Of a stretch of DNA of 64,000 nucleotides, positions 38,144 through 48,139 are shown in pieces. The DNA is from an uncultured Synergistales bacterium. Its GTDB lineage: Bacteria > Synergistota > Synergistia > Synergistales > JAFGMB01. The notes beneath the pieces were generated by a model, which was not told the DNA's origin, ran no database searches, and saw only the letters and a list, made by a program, of their open reading frames with translations. The DNA lies in the NCBI GenBank assembly GCA_964410915.1, contig CAYPIU010000005.1, positions 10,834-74,833 on the forward strand. The letters are read 5' to 3'. A program made the translations under genes and the position numbers. How positions within the stretch are numbered: the stretch's first letter is position 1; every line of letters begins with the position of its first letter.

Positions 38144-38677
38144 ATGTTCATGGATATTGTTAGAAATAGATACAGCGTGAGAAAATATTCATCAAAACAG
38201 GTGGACAGAAAAGATATTGATAAATGTGTCGAAGCTGCAAGGCTTGCCCCTTCCGCCTGCAATTCCCAACCATGGTCATTTCTTATATGCGATGACATGG
38301 ACAGGAATAAATGGATATGTTCGAGGATATTTTCAGGGCCATATGCCATGAACTCTTTCGCGGGAGAGGCACCAGTAATGATATTTGTCAAAACCGAAAG
38401 ATCCATTTACACGGCGAGAATGGGCGGTTTTTTCAGGGGAGTGCAATTCAGCCTTGTTGATATAGGAATAGCGTGTGAACATTTTGCCCTTCAGGCAACT
38501 GAACTTGGTATGGGTACATGCTGGATAGGGTGGTTCAATGAAAAAGCTCTGAAAAGAGAGATCTCATTGCCTCCAAAGGAAAAGATCGACATTATATTAT
38601 CCATGGGCTATCCTTTGGAAAATGATATTCCTTTAAAAAACCGTAAAAATATTGCTTCTATACACCAATACATATAG
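38144..38677 (+). CDS. Nitroreductase family protein
   Basis: RYSVRKY, ARLAPSACNSQPWSF, LGMGTCWIG. Confidence 0.92.
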   Translation: MFMDIVRNRYSVRKYSSKQVDRKDIDKCVEAARLAPSACNSQPWSFLICDDMDRNKWICSRIFSGPYAMNSFAGEAPVMIFVKTERSIYTARMGGFFRGVQFSLVDIGIACEHFALQATELGMGTCWIGWFNEKALKREISLPPKEKIDIILSMGYPLENDIPLKNRKNIASIHQYI

Positions 38678-38711
38678 GGAAATTAAAATCCACAGAAAAA
38701 GCAAAACAATC

Positions 38712-38739
38712 TTGACAAAAAATATTCCTACTTTATAAT
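38712..38739 (+). promoter_or_regulatory. Sigma70 promoter of the T-box leader
   Basis: TTGACA-16 bp-TATAAT. Confidence 0.8.
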
Positions 38740-38779
38740 TATCTGAAATCAACCAATGGTAATATTCAGTTTTAAATTG

Positions 38780-39031
38780 GCAAAAGCGATGAACCTGGGC
38801 GCTGACCAGCATAATATCCGACAGAGAAGGGCATTCACCGGCTGAAAGGTGCCCGCGGAATAGGTGGTTTGCTCAAAACCAGGTGAGCAGGATCTGAAAG
38901 GGAAACCGGAGTAAGATCCCGGATTGGAACTCCGTAAAAAGTTTCGAGCGGGACATTTTTTAAAATGTCCAAGCAGGGTGGTATCGCGAGTATAACAGGC
39001 TCGTCCCTTCATGGGACGGGCCTGTTTTTTT
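38780..39031 (+). promoter_or_regulatory. T-box riboswitch (tRNA-Lys specifier AAA) with terminator
   Basis: Stem I with GA motif (gcgatga/tgagc), AG bulge gacagaga, loop ggctgaaa and AAA-A at 38875-38878. T-box AAGCAGGGTGGTATCGCG at 38971-38988, antiterminator partner TCGTCCCT, terminator 38994-39031. Confidence 0.9.
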
Positions 39032-39049
39032 ATAAGGAGATGAGACTTT

Positions 39050-40024
39050 ATGAAAATTGCAGTGGCAGGAGCAACAGGTGAAGTCGGCAGGATGATGACA
39101 AGGGTACTTCAGGAACATTGCGTCGAACCGGAAGATATAACTTTTTTTGCGTCAGAACGTTCACAGGGGAAAGAAGTCACATTTTACAATTATCCCTACA
39201 AGGTAGAGACCCTGACAAAAGAAGCTATGGCGAGAGGGTTTGATTATATACTGTTCTCTGCGGGTTCAGGTGTTTCAAAGGAATTCGCACCAGTAGCTGC
39301 CAGATCCGGTTCTGTGGTGATCGATAATTCATCCGGTTTTCGGATGGATCCCAATATACCGCTTGTGGTACCGGAGATCAATGGATCGCTTCTCAAAGAT
39401 TACAGAGGGATAATAGCAAACCCCAACTGCTCCACTATTCAGATGGTTCTTTCACTATATAAGGTACACCATGCTTTTGGAATAAAAAAGATAGTGGTAA
39501 GTACTTATCAGGCAGTTTCAGGTGCAGGGCACAAGGGAGTTGCCGGTCTTGAAAGGGAAGAGGAAGGCAAAATTGAACCATCTGCTTTTTCAAGACAGAT
39601 ACACAGAAACCTGATACCCCAGATCGGGAATTTTCTTGATGACGGTTTCAGTGAAGAAGAGATGAAGATGGTGAACGAGACAAGAAAAATACTTGACGAT
39701 AAAGAGATATCAATATGGCCTACAACAGTAAGAGTCCCTGTTGAATACTCACACTCCGAGGCCATATACGCGGAAACCACCCATCCGTTTACCAGTGCAG
39801 AACTTACAGAGGCAGTCAGGTCAAGTGAAAATGTAACTCTGACAGATGACTTTACAACCCCTCTTGATGCAGCAGGAACGGACGAAACATTTGTTTCCAG
39901 ACTGAGATCTTTCGACTCTACTTCATTTCTCATGTGGAACGTAGCTGACAATATAAGAGTTGGAGCGGCAACGAATGCCGTCCGTATTCTTAAAAAACAC
40001 ATGTCCATCAATCAGGTAAAATAA
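39050..40024 (+). CDS. asd: Aspartate-semialdehyde dehydrogenase
   Basis: GATGEVG, IDNSSGFRMD, ANPNCSTIQ, YQAVSGAG, VRVPVEYSHSE, DNIRVGAA. Confidence 0.96.
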   Translation: MKIAVAGATGEVGRMMTRVLQEHCVEPEDITFFASERSQGKEVTFYNYPYKVETLTKEAMARGFDYILFSAGSGVSKEFAPVAARSGSVVIDNSSGFRMDPNIPLVVPEINGSLLKDYRGIIANPNCSTIQMVLSLYKVHHAFGIKKIVVSTYQAVSGAGHKGVAGLEREEEGKIEPSAFSRQIHRNLIPQIGNFLDDGFSEEEMKMVNETRKILDDKEISIWPTTVRVPVEYSHSEAIYAETTHPFTSAELTEAVRSSENVTLTDDFTTPLDAAGTDETFVSRLRSFDSTSFLMWNVADNIRVGAATNAVRILKKHMSINQVK

Positions 40025-40079
40025 GGTCTAGAGCTGAAAGAAACCAGATTTTAAGTAACTAAAAAGGGAGGAATAGCTA

Positions 40080-40970
40080 ATGTTCACAAAAGGAACTGGA
40101 ACAGCTGTTGTAACACCTTTTACCGAAAATAATGAGATCGATTACGGGAGTTTTGGTAGTTTCCTCAACTTCCAGATCGAAAGTGGCGTCGACGCTCTTA
40201 TCGTCCTCGGGACAACCGGTGAAGCTCCCTCTGTAAGTTCAGAGGAAAGGGAAAATATCATAAGTTTTGCCGTGGAATTGAGCAATGGCAGAGTACCGAT
40301 CGTAATAGGAACCGGAAGCAATTCTACGGATCATACGATCGAGACTTCCCAACAGGCCATGTCTCTCGGAGCAGATGGAGTACTTGTAGTTACACCTTAC
40401 TATAACAAACCAACACAGGAAGGGCTTTATCAACACTACTCACAAATAGCGAAAAATGTTGATGGCCCGATCATAATCTACAACGTCCCCGGGAGAACGG
40501 GAGGAAATATTCTTCCGGCAACAGTCCTGAGATGTGCAGAATTTGAGAATATAACAGGTATAAAGGAAGCATCAGGAGACATGAAGCAGATAGACACACT
40601 GATAAGGCAGATAAAAAAGATCCGTCCTGATTTTTCCGTTTTTTCCGGAAATGATGATCAGGCTTTCCACCTTGTTTGCAGCGGAGGAGATGGTGTCATT
40701 TCGGTCCTGTCCAACGCTATGCCCTCCGAAACTGTTGAGATGATCAATGCCACCCTCGAGGGAGACCTGCAGAAAGCAAGGGGACTGCACTTGAGGATGC
40801 TTCCAATGATGAAGAACCTCTTCGCTGAAACTAACCCCATACCCGTTAAATATGCCGTAAGCAGATTGGGGTATTGCAGAAATTCACTCAGACTGCCGCT
40901 TGTCCAGGCAACCGGAAATGCAGAACGTTTGGTTGATGAAGCTATGAAAGAAAGCGGAACAAAGGTATGA
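40080..40970 (+). CDS. dapA: 4-hydroxy-tetrahydrodipicolinate synthase
   Basis: GTTGEA, VTPYYNKP, YNVPGRTG, IKEASG, ETNPIPVK. Confidence 0.96.
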   Translation: MFTKGTGTAVVTPFTENNEIDYGSFGSFLNFQIESGVDALIVLGTTGEAPSVSSEERENIISFAVELSNGRVPIVIGTGSNSTDHTIETSQQAMSLGADGVLVVTPYYNKPTQEGLYQHYSQIAKNVDGPIIIYNVPGRTGGNILPATVLRCAEFENITGIKEASGDMKQIDTLIRQIKKIRPDFSVFSGNDDQAFHLVCSGGDGVISVLSNAMPSETVEMINATLEGDLQKARGLHLRMLPMMKNLFAETNPIPVKYAVSRLGYCRNSLRLPLVQATGNAERLVDEAMKESGTKV

Positions 40971-41617
40971 AATACGGAGTGATCGGCCATTCCGGAAGGA
41001 TGGGACAGGAAATAATCAAGAATTTCAAGGGCCACGAACTGACCCTCTCCGTTGAACTTGGCAATGAGTGGATTGACAGATCACCAGACGTAATTATCGA
41101 TTTTTCGTCGGCAAGGGCCACTGCAAGGACAATAGATCTCTGCCGCGAAAACAGCAGCGCTCTGGTAATAGGGACCACTGCCCTGTCTTCAGGACAGATC
41201 GATGATCTCAAGGAACTTGGCAGGAACGTACCTGTTGTCCAGAGTTTTAATTTCTCAACCGGGATAAACATCCTGAAGATAATACTGAGGGAATTCGGGT
41301 ATATGTTCTCGGACTGGGATATGGCAATGAGTGAAACCCACCACTCCAGAAAAAAGGATGCCCCCTCCGGGACAGCGATCCTCCTGCAGGAAGCTTCCGG
41401 TAGACAATGCGATATAGCATCTCTCAGAATGGGCGGTGTCCCGGGAGATCATGAGGTTAACTTTTCCAACGAGGGAGAAATTGTGAGCCTGTCCCACCGG
41501 GCAATATCCCGAAGTGTTTTCGCATTGGGAGCTCTAAAAGCGGCAGAGTTCGCCATCTCCAGAAAGACAGGTTTTTACACATTTGAGGAGGTCATACAAT
41601 GCGGGCAGAAGAAATAA
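40967..41617 (+). CDS. dapB: 4-hydroxy-tetrahydrodipicolinate reductase
   Basis: GHSGRMG, IGTT, NFSTG, ETHHSRKKDAPSGTA, R.GGVPGDH. Confidence 0.95.
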   Translation: MKYGVIGHSGRMGQEIIKNFKGHELTLSVELGNEWIDRSPDVIIDFSSARATARTIDLCRENSSALVIGTTALSSGQIDDLKELGRNVPVVQSFNFSTGINILKIILREFGYMFSDWDMAMSETHHSRKKDAPSGTAILLQEASGRQCDIASLRMGGVPGDHEVNFSNEGEIVSLSHRAISRSVFALGALKAAEFAISRKTGFYTFEEVIQCGQKK

Positions 41618-42297
41618 TTCGCATGATAAGCGAAGCGGAAAAGAAAACCCCTGCCAAAGCCTTTGTTATGGGTGATCTGAAGGATCTGGACTGGGGTCCG
41701 CTTAAATTTATCGGCTCAAGCAGTTTTGGCGTGGTTTCAGGGGACGAGGGGTTACTGACCGAAATGATCAATAAACACAGGGACAATATCCATGAATACG
41801 ATCTCGAGGTGTATGCAAGAAACTCAGCACTGCCCTTAGCTGACCTGACCAGATATGAGGCGAGGATAGAACCGGGCGCTATCATACGTGACATGGTTGA
41901 GATAGGTAGAGGTGCTGTAATAATGATGGGGGCAGTACTCAACATAGGATGCGTAGTGGGAGAAGGTACCATGATAGACATGAACGCAGTCCTTGGAGGA
42001 AGAGCTACGATAGGTACAAACTGCCATATAGGAGCAGGGAGCGTTATAGCAGGTGTTATTGAGCCGCCAAGTGCAACACCTGTGATCGTGGAAGACGATG
42101 TTCTTGTAGGTGCAAATGCCGTGATCCTCGAAGGCGTAAGACTGGGTAAAGGTTCTGTCATAGCAGCAGGTTCGATCGTAACAAAGGATGTTGAGCCTTT
42201 TTCAGTAGTTGCAGGTGCACCTGCAAAACTTGTTAAAAAAGTTGATAGCGGAACAAGAGATAAAACAAAGATATTGAAAGAATTAAGAAACCTGTAG
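41599..42297 (+). CDS. dapH: Tetrahydrodipicolinate N-acetyltransferase
   Basis: AEEIIRMISEAEKKTP N-terminus, ARIEPGAIIRD, hexapeptide repeats, GVIEPPSA. Confidence 0.94.
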   Translation: MRAEEIIRMISEAEKKTPAKAFVMGDLKDLDWGPLKFIGSSSFGVVSGDEGLLTEMINKHRDNIHEYDLEVYARNSALPLADLTRYEARIEPGAIIRDMVEIGRGAVIMMGAVLNIGCVVGEGTMIDMNAVLGGRATIGTNCHIGAGSVIAGVIEPPSATPVIVEDDVLVGANAVILEGVRLGKGSVIAAGSIVTKDVEPFSVVAGAPAKLVKKVDSGTRDKTKILKELRNL

Positions 42298-42342
42298 ATT
42301 TTTAATATACAGAAGGTAACAGGTGAGTAATATTTCCAAGAG

Positions 42343-43563
42343 GTGATATTCTTGATCGTTCAGAAATATGGCGGATCATCGGTAGCTACTCCTGAAAAGG
42401 TACAAAAAGTCGCAGAAAAGATAAGGGAAAGGGTCAACACCGGGGAAAAGCTGGTAGTTGTAGTCTCGGCTATGGGAGAGTCTACAAATCAGCTTATAGA
42501 ACTTGCCCACCAGGTCTCGGGTAGCCCACACAAAAGAGAAATGGATATGCTCCTGGCAACGGGAGAACAGGTTTCTGCAGCGCTTCTTTCCATGGCTCTT
42601 AATGACCTTGGAGTCCCCGCTGTCTCGTTCAATGCTTTCCAGCTGGAAATGGTAACTACTAACTCTCATAACAATGCAAGAATAAAGGATCTCAAACTTT
42701 CTAAACTCTTCAGAGAACTTGAAAAACATGAGGTTGTTGTAGTTACCGGTTTCCAGGGAGTTACTGAAGAGGGAAATATCACGACTCTCGGAAGGGGCGG
42801 ATCAGATACTTCCGCCGTAGCAATAGCAACGGAAGCAGGAGGTAAATGCGAGATTTACAGCGACGTAGCAGGAGTATATACAGCTGATCCGAGAATTCTT
42901 CAAAATGCAAAAAAACTAAAATATATTACATGTGACGAGATGCTTGAACTGGCCTCCCTCGGAGCAAAGGTTCTTCACTCAAGAGCAGTTGAAATTGCAA
43001 GAAAATACGATGTATCCATTTACTGTGCTTCAACATTTTCTGATGAAGGAGGAACTTTCGTGGTACACAAGCTTCCCGAATGGCTTGAACAGCCAGTTGT
43101 TACCGGAGTTACTGCAAATAGTGACCAGACAAAAGTAACAATAAGCAATCTTCCAAATGATATAAATCTAATAAGCAGTCTTTTTGTGAACATGGCTGAA
43201 CGTGATATCAACGTAGATATGATCTCGACCGTTAACGACAACGGGCATTCTTATCTTACATTTACATTCGTCAGTGGAGAATTTGACCTTGTAAAAAGAA
43301 CTGTTGAAAAAACTCTTAAAAATGTGAAAGGCTGGAAATTAAGCCGCGATAATGAAGTTGAAAAAGTTTCGGTCGTGGGTGTAGGAATGCAGTCTGCTTC
43401 AGGAGTAGCTGGCAGATTTTTCAGCGCACTCAGCAGAGGCGGGATCAAACTTCTTGGGACAACAACTTCAGAGATAAAGATCTCAGTGCTCGTGCACTCC
43501 TCTGAATCCAGAAAAGCAATAGAGGCCCTGGCCGAGGAATTTGAACTCCTGGAGAAAGAGTAA
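42343..43563 (+). CDS. lysC: Aspartate kinase
   Basis: VQKYGGSSV, VVSAMG, TLGRGGSDTSA, two ACT domains, TSEIKIS. Confidence 0.96.
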   Translation: MIFLIVQKYGGSSVATPEKVQKVAEKIRERVNTGEKLVVVVSAMGESTNQLIELAHQVSGSPHKREMDMLLATGEQVSAALLSMALNDLGVPAVSFNAFQLEMVTTNSHNNARIKDLKLSKLFRELEKHEVVVVTGFQGVTEEGNITTLGRGGSDTSAVAIATEAGGKCEIYSDVAGVYTADPRILQNAKKLKYITCDEMLELASLGAKVLHSRAVEIARKYDVSIYCASTFSDEGGTFVVHKLPEWLEQPVVTGVTANSDQTKVTISNLPNDINLISSLFVNMAERDINVDMISTVNDNGHSYLTFTFVSGEFDLVKRTVEKTLKNVKGWKLSRDNEVEKVSVVGVGMQSASGVAGRFFSALSRGGIKLLGTTTSEIKISVLVHSSESRKAIEALAEEFELLEKE

Positions 43564-44068
43564 TGCTCTCTGGAGTACATTACCCCTATGGCCTGAATTT
43601 AAAAAATATCTCGCGTATAAAACTGATTACTTACAGAGACAGCAGAAACAACTCTAAAAGAAGTAAGAAAACATGGAGAAAGGCATCATAGTGTCTCTAT
43701 TTTGAGAATATCTCCACTATAGAACCTCTGGTGCCCTTTCCCTGATCTTTAAACCGAAAAATACTATAACCCTTAAGCTCTTCCTGATGACATTGTCTTT
43801 CTTCCAATGAAAATTGCCTTTTCAGATATTCTGTTGGAAATTGACAGATCTCCCGGAATTTCCTGAATGTATCCAGGATAATTCAGATTTATATCCACCT
43901 TCTGGAGGATTTACGAATATTGTATCTGAACTATCAACTCCAATTCAGGAGGATATGTTTTCTTACCCTCTGAAAATTCCGGGAGCAAAATTGGCGAAAG
44001 CTTTACCCTCCATGATATCTAATCCTTAAAGAGAACTGATTCTTATTTTGGGGACAGAGATCTAAGGC

Positions 44069-44096
44069 TTGACAAGACAGTTAGTAGTTGTAAAAT
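44069..44096 (+). promoter_or_regulatory. Sigma70-like promoter of umuDC
   Basis: TTGACA-16 bp-TAAAAT; no recognisable SOS box. Confidence 0.55.
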
Positions 44097-44141
44097 ATTT
44101 TGTGTTTACTATTAGTATGTATATATGGAGGGCTTTATTAT

Positions 44142-44486
44142 ATGTACACTACGGGATTTCCTTCTCCTGCCAATGATTTTGAGGAAAATACCCTTGATAT
44201 CAATTCTTTAGTTGTAAAAAACCCTTCCGCTACATTCTTCATGATAGCAGAAGGTGAAACCATATTCGAAGACATTGTTGAACCAGGAGATATCCTTGTG
44301 ATCGACAGAAGTATAAAACCATCACCTGAAAATATTATCGTTTCCTGTGAAGATGGGAAATTCATTCTAAGATCTTGCCGTTATAAAAGAAAGAGCCCAA
44401 GCAGTGAAGGGTATAAAAATATAACCTGGGGAGTAGTTACCTGGATAATACATCGATCCGGAATTAAAAAGAACAATGTCAGATGA
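44142..44486 (+). CDS. umuD: UmuD-like subunit, N-terminally truncated with a degenerate catalytic dyad
   Basis: [29 protein letters not shown] 44142 lies 10 nt after GGAGG. Confidence 0.88.
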   Translation: MYTTGFPSPANDFEENTLDINSLVVKNPSATFFMIAEGETIFEDIVEPGDILVIDRSIKPSPENIIVSCEDGKFILRSCRYKRKSPSSEGYKNITWGVVTWIIHRSGIKKNNVR

Positions 44487-45777
44487 GATCTTCGGCCTTG
44501 CTGACTGCAATAATTTTTATGTTTCCTGTGAAAGGGTCTTCGATCCTTCACTTGAAGAAAGACCCGTAGTAGTTCTTTCGAACAATGACGGGTGTGTAAT
44601 AGCAAGATCCAATGAAGCAAAAGCTATGGGTATACCGATGGGAGCACCTGCCTTCAAATACAGGGAATATTTTCAAAAATACGGTATAACTGTCTTTTCA
44701 TCAAACTACACTCTTTATGACAACATGTCCGAAAGAGTTATGAGTATCCTTGCTGATTCTGCCCCGTTCATAGAAGTATATTCCATTGATGAAGCTTTCC
44801 TGGATTTTTCCTCCCTTAAAAGATTTCACATGCCATCATTCTGCAGGGACATCAGAGAGAAGATCAGGTCATGGACCGGAATACCTGTATCAATAGGCAC
44901 AGGAAGAACAAAGACACTGGCCAAGATCGCCAACAGAATAGCCAAAAAGGACAAGAGCACCGGAGGGATCTTCAATATGGAAAGATACTGCGAAAATGAT
45001 CTTGACATGATCCTTGCCGTAATAGACGTAGGAGATATATGGGGCATTGGGAAAAAATATGCGCAGTTCCTGAGAAAAAGTAATATAAATACAGCAAAAG
45101 ACCTTAAATACACTCCCGATGAATGGATCTTAAAGTATCTTACCGTCGAGGGGCTGAGGACAACCACGGAATTGAGAGGCAGGATATGTATACCCTTCAG
45201 GGAAAAGAGACCTGCCCGAAAACAACTGGTAGTATCACGATCCTTTGGTAAAGATGTCACAGATCTTGAGGAGATCAGTGAATCCGTATCAGAATTTGCA
45301 TCAAGAGCTGCTGAAAAACTCCGGAAAGAAGGACTCACAGCTTCCTCCATTGCAGTTTTTATACAGACAAATCCCTTCAGAAATGATCCCCAGTATCATA
45401 ATATTTCTTCTATTAAACTTCCTGCCGGCACATCATACACCCCGGAGATAGTCCAAACTGCCATTTTATTACTTAAAAAAATATTTCGATCGGGCTACTC
45501 ATATAAAAAATCAGGTGTGATCTTTTCCGAGATCGGAAAAACAGATACCAGACAAATGGGACTCTTCGAAAAAAACAAGAATATAGACCGTCATCAAGAT
45601 CTTATGAGAACTATTGATACTATAAATACTGAAATGGGTAAAAACTATATCAGACCAGCAATTACCCTGAACAGACATAGATGGGAGATGAAAAGTTCCT
45701 TCAGATCCTCGAGATACACCACGAACTGGGATGAACTTCCATCCGTAAGAATATGTCATGATGAAAATGAAAAGTAG
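44476..45777 (+). CDS. umuC: Y-family DNA polymerase V catalytic subunit
   Basis: [39 protein letters not shown]-terminal WEMK...S.RYTT.W.ELP. Confidence 0.95.
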   Translation: MSDEIFGLADCNNFYVSCERVFDPSLEERPVVVLSNNDGCVIARSNEAKAMGIPMGAPAFKYREYFQKYGITVFSSNYTLYDNMSERVMSILADSAPFIEVYSIDEAFLDFSSLKRFHMPSFCRDIREKIRSWTGIPVSIGTGRTKTLAKIANRIAKKDKSTGGIFNMERYCENDLDMILAVIDVGDIWGIGKKYAQFLRKSNINTAKDLKYTPDEWILKYLTVEGLRTTTELRGRICIPFREKRPARKQLVVSRSFGKDVTDLEEISESVSEFASRAAEKLRKEGLTASSIAVFIQTNPFRNDPQYHNISSIKLPAGTSYTPEIVQTAILLLKKIFRSGYSYKKSGVIFSEIGKTDTRQMGLFEKNKNIDRHQDLMRTIDTINTEMGKNYIRPAITLNRHRWEMKSSFRSSRYTTNWDELPSVRICHDENEK

Positions 45778-45844
45778 ATATAGCCGGTTTTTTCAATGAA
45801 AGGTCTACAATGACCGGGCCTGATATATATTTAGCAGAGCAGTA

Positions 45845-45881
45845 TTTTAGAAGGCATCCATTATGAGGATGCCTTCTAAAA
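45845..45881. terminator. Bidirectional terminator
   Basis: 15-bp stem ttttagaaggcatcc-attatga-ggatgccttctaaaa between convergent umuC and the surface-protein gene. Confidence 0.8.
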
Positions 45882-45924
45882 TTTACTTACACGTTATTTA
45901 AAACTTTTCTGAATAACTGGTGGA

Positions 45925-48114
45925 TCATAATTTTCGGAACATGATAAACATTAGAGGCATCATCAGCAGAATAAGAGCTCCTGAAGGTCCCACGTTACAA
46001 CCGCTGGAACCTCCTCCATGGCCATCTTCTATTTCACCGGGTTCGGGGACCTCGGAACCTGCAAGGATGGAATCATCCAGAAGTGCACCAAAGACCTCTC
46101 CCCAGCTTTCAGAAGGAAGATCTGCGCATGCTTTCCACTGCCCCTCGCCAAGATCGGTCCAGTTAACCTGGATCTCTGTCCAGCCTGAACCAGAGTACCA
46201 CCACAGATTAGGTTTATTATCGGGAAGCCATTCATAATCAGCCTCATCCAGATACCCGCATATCTCTACCGCACAGATATCATCAGAATTTACCAGATCA
46301 AGCTGGAAGAAAAGGCTTTCACCATCTTCTGGAACTTCACTCAGAAGGGGTTCTATATTCATTGAAGGTTCCCGAATATCTCCACTCACTTCTCCGTTGT
46401 TCTCCTCACTACATGGAGTTACTTTGACCTCATAGAATATCCCGTCAGGTGCAGGATATACTCCCTCGGTGGACGTGGGGAAAGGTTCCTCTTCGTAACG
46501 CCAGACCTGACAACCGTTCCCGGGATTTGACGTACCAAGCCAGAGTATGTCTTCGCCATCCTCCCGGGTTGTCACCATAGTTCTTCCGCCGTACTGGAGG
46601 GGATCTCCAAAGCCATCCTGCATAACCACTTCGAAGTTTAATCCATCTTCAGACTTGTAAAGATCAAACCCGACAGGTGAACCATGATTCAGGAAAACAT
46701 CTACGATCTCTGAAAGACTCGGGGATACGGGAAGTGTAAGACCAGCCATTTCACAAAGTGCCCTTACGTGAACCGTAACAAGGTTTTTCAGGACATCCAC
46801 AGCCACATTCTGGTTTTCCGGCATCAGTTCAATGCTGTCCCAGTCTATGGAATGAAGGAAGGACCGCCAGTCGAAGGTGGATATGTAAAGATCTCCGTCA
46901 TGGATACCCCATGTCCACAGGTAAACGTTGGTCGGTACACCAAAACCTGGAGCTTTTAGACCAGTCCCGCTACCCATGACCGTTTCCCAGCTATCTCCGT
47001 CAAAACGATAAAGATAGGAGGGAACTATACACTTTAACATCCTTGTAAGCAGCTCTTCCTCTCCCGCATTTAGAATATCAAGATCATAAAGCGGGAAACC
47101 GCCGTTCAACGTGGCGATGTAAAGATGATCGCCATAGACAAAACCGTTTGCTCCCACGTGAATGGACTGCTTGAGGCCCGGAGTCTCATCCACCCAGGAA
47201 CCTTGAATAAATGATTCGCCCTCCGAATTAACACAGGGCCCAAGATCTTCTTCCTCACATACAGGCTCCGGAACCCACCTTAAAAGACGCCAGCCATTCT
47301 CTCCATCCCCGGTAACTGCCCACAGGCTTCCCTGGTAAGAGACCAGGTCCGTTACATAGCCTTTTCCTTCAAAACCATCATTGGAAAAACGTTCCCAGCC
47401 GGATAAAGGATCAGAAGTAGAATACACCCCATACTCATAGGCCACAACAAATTGTCCGTCGTATTCCACCATACCCCTGTATGAGTAAGCTTTGTTCTCC
47501 TCCAGGTCTCCGGAGACCACTTCAGGACTTACATCAACAGGAGCGCTATCACAATCTGATATGGCAATTATCTTGGGGACACCGTCCCAATCTTGTGAAG
47601 ACATTTTCAGGTTCATAGTACCCGCGTAAAGTACTCCTTCGTAATTGTACATTTTGCGGAATCCCTGATTTCCCGAGAAATCCCCCACTCCGGTGAAAGG
47701 TGTAAGAGGAACAACTTCCCATTCCCCATTCTGGGTTATATTCTTCCGCATTATCTCCACTGTTCCCGGATCCCATGTTTCGGAAGGAGGAAGGCTGTCG
47801 CCAAAAATAGAAGGATCCATTGCCGTTCCCAGAGGAGACATAGGACCCAGAAATGCCCCATGAGGGAAATTTCGGTAGGCGCCTACGTACAGATATTCAT
47901 CCCCATCACACTGCAGAGTGCCCATTGACCATGCGTAGGAATTATTACGAGAGGGTTTTTCAGAATAAGGGGACCCTGGTACCACTGTTCCATCAACAAG
48001 ACCATCCTTTCCAACCTGGGTCCATCCCGGAGGGATCTCAGCCCAGGCACTGGAGGAAAGGACCATGCCCAAGAGAAAAATCACTATCAGTACAAAACGC
48101 ATAGATCTGTTCAT
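45925..48114 (-). CDS. Secreted surface protein with SYNERG-CTERM-like sorting tail (729 aa)
   Basis: Signal peptide ending AWA, acidic Trp/Gly-rich beta-propeller-like body, C-terminal GGGSSGCNVG + hydrophobic helix + RK. Confidence 0.88.
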   Translation of the reverse strand: MNRSMRFVLIVIFLLGMVLSSSAWAEIPPGWTQVGKDGLVDGTVVPGSPYSEKPSRNNSYAWSMGTLQCDGDEYLYVGAYRNFPHGAFLGPMSPLGTAMDPSIFGDSLPPSETWDPGTVEIMRKNITQNGEWEVVPLTPFTGVGDFSGNQGFRKMYNYEGVLYAGTMNLKMSSQDWDGVPKIIAISDCDSAPVDVSPEVVSGDLEENKAYSYRGMVEYDGQFVVAYEYGVYSTSDPLSGWERFSNDGFEGKGYVTDLVSYQGSLWAVTGDGENGWRLLRWVPEPVCEEEDLGPCVNSEGESFIQGSWVDETPGLKQSIHVGANGFVYGDHLYIATLNGGFPLYDLDILNAGEEELLTRMLKCIVPSYLYRFDGDSWETVMGSGTGLKAPGFGVPTNVYLWTWGIHDGDLYISTFDWRSFLHSIDWDSIELMPENQNVAVDVLKNLVTVHVRALCEMAGLTLPVSPSLSEIVDVFLNHGSPVGFDLYKSEDGLNFEVVMQDGFGDPLQYGGRTMVTTREDGEDILWLGTSNPGNGCQVWRYEEEPFPTSTEGVYPAPDGIFYEVKVTPCSEENNGEVSGDIREPSMNIEPLLSEVPEDGESLFFQLDLVNSDDICAVEICGYLDEADYEWLPDNKPNLWWYSGSGWTEIQVNWTDLGEGQWKACADLPSESWGEVFGALLDDSILAGSEVPEPGEIEDGHGGGSSGCNVGPSGALILLMMPLMFIMFRKL

Positions 48115-48139
48115 TTCTTCATACCTCCCATGATGACAT

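Noticed and set aside
38780-39031. Lysine (L-box) riboswitch
   Set aside because: The leader has T-box hallmarks (AGGGTGGTATCGCG, antiterminator, stem I motifs) and no L-box consensus that I can see.
43570-44060. Possible pseudogene between lysC and umuD (short open frames on both strands, including 43814..44029 +)
   Set aside because: No frame has a convincing RBS or recognisable motif, so it was left unannotated.
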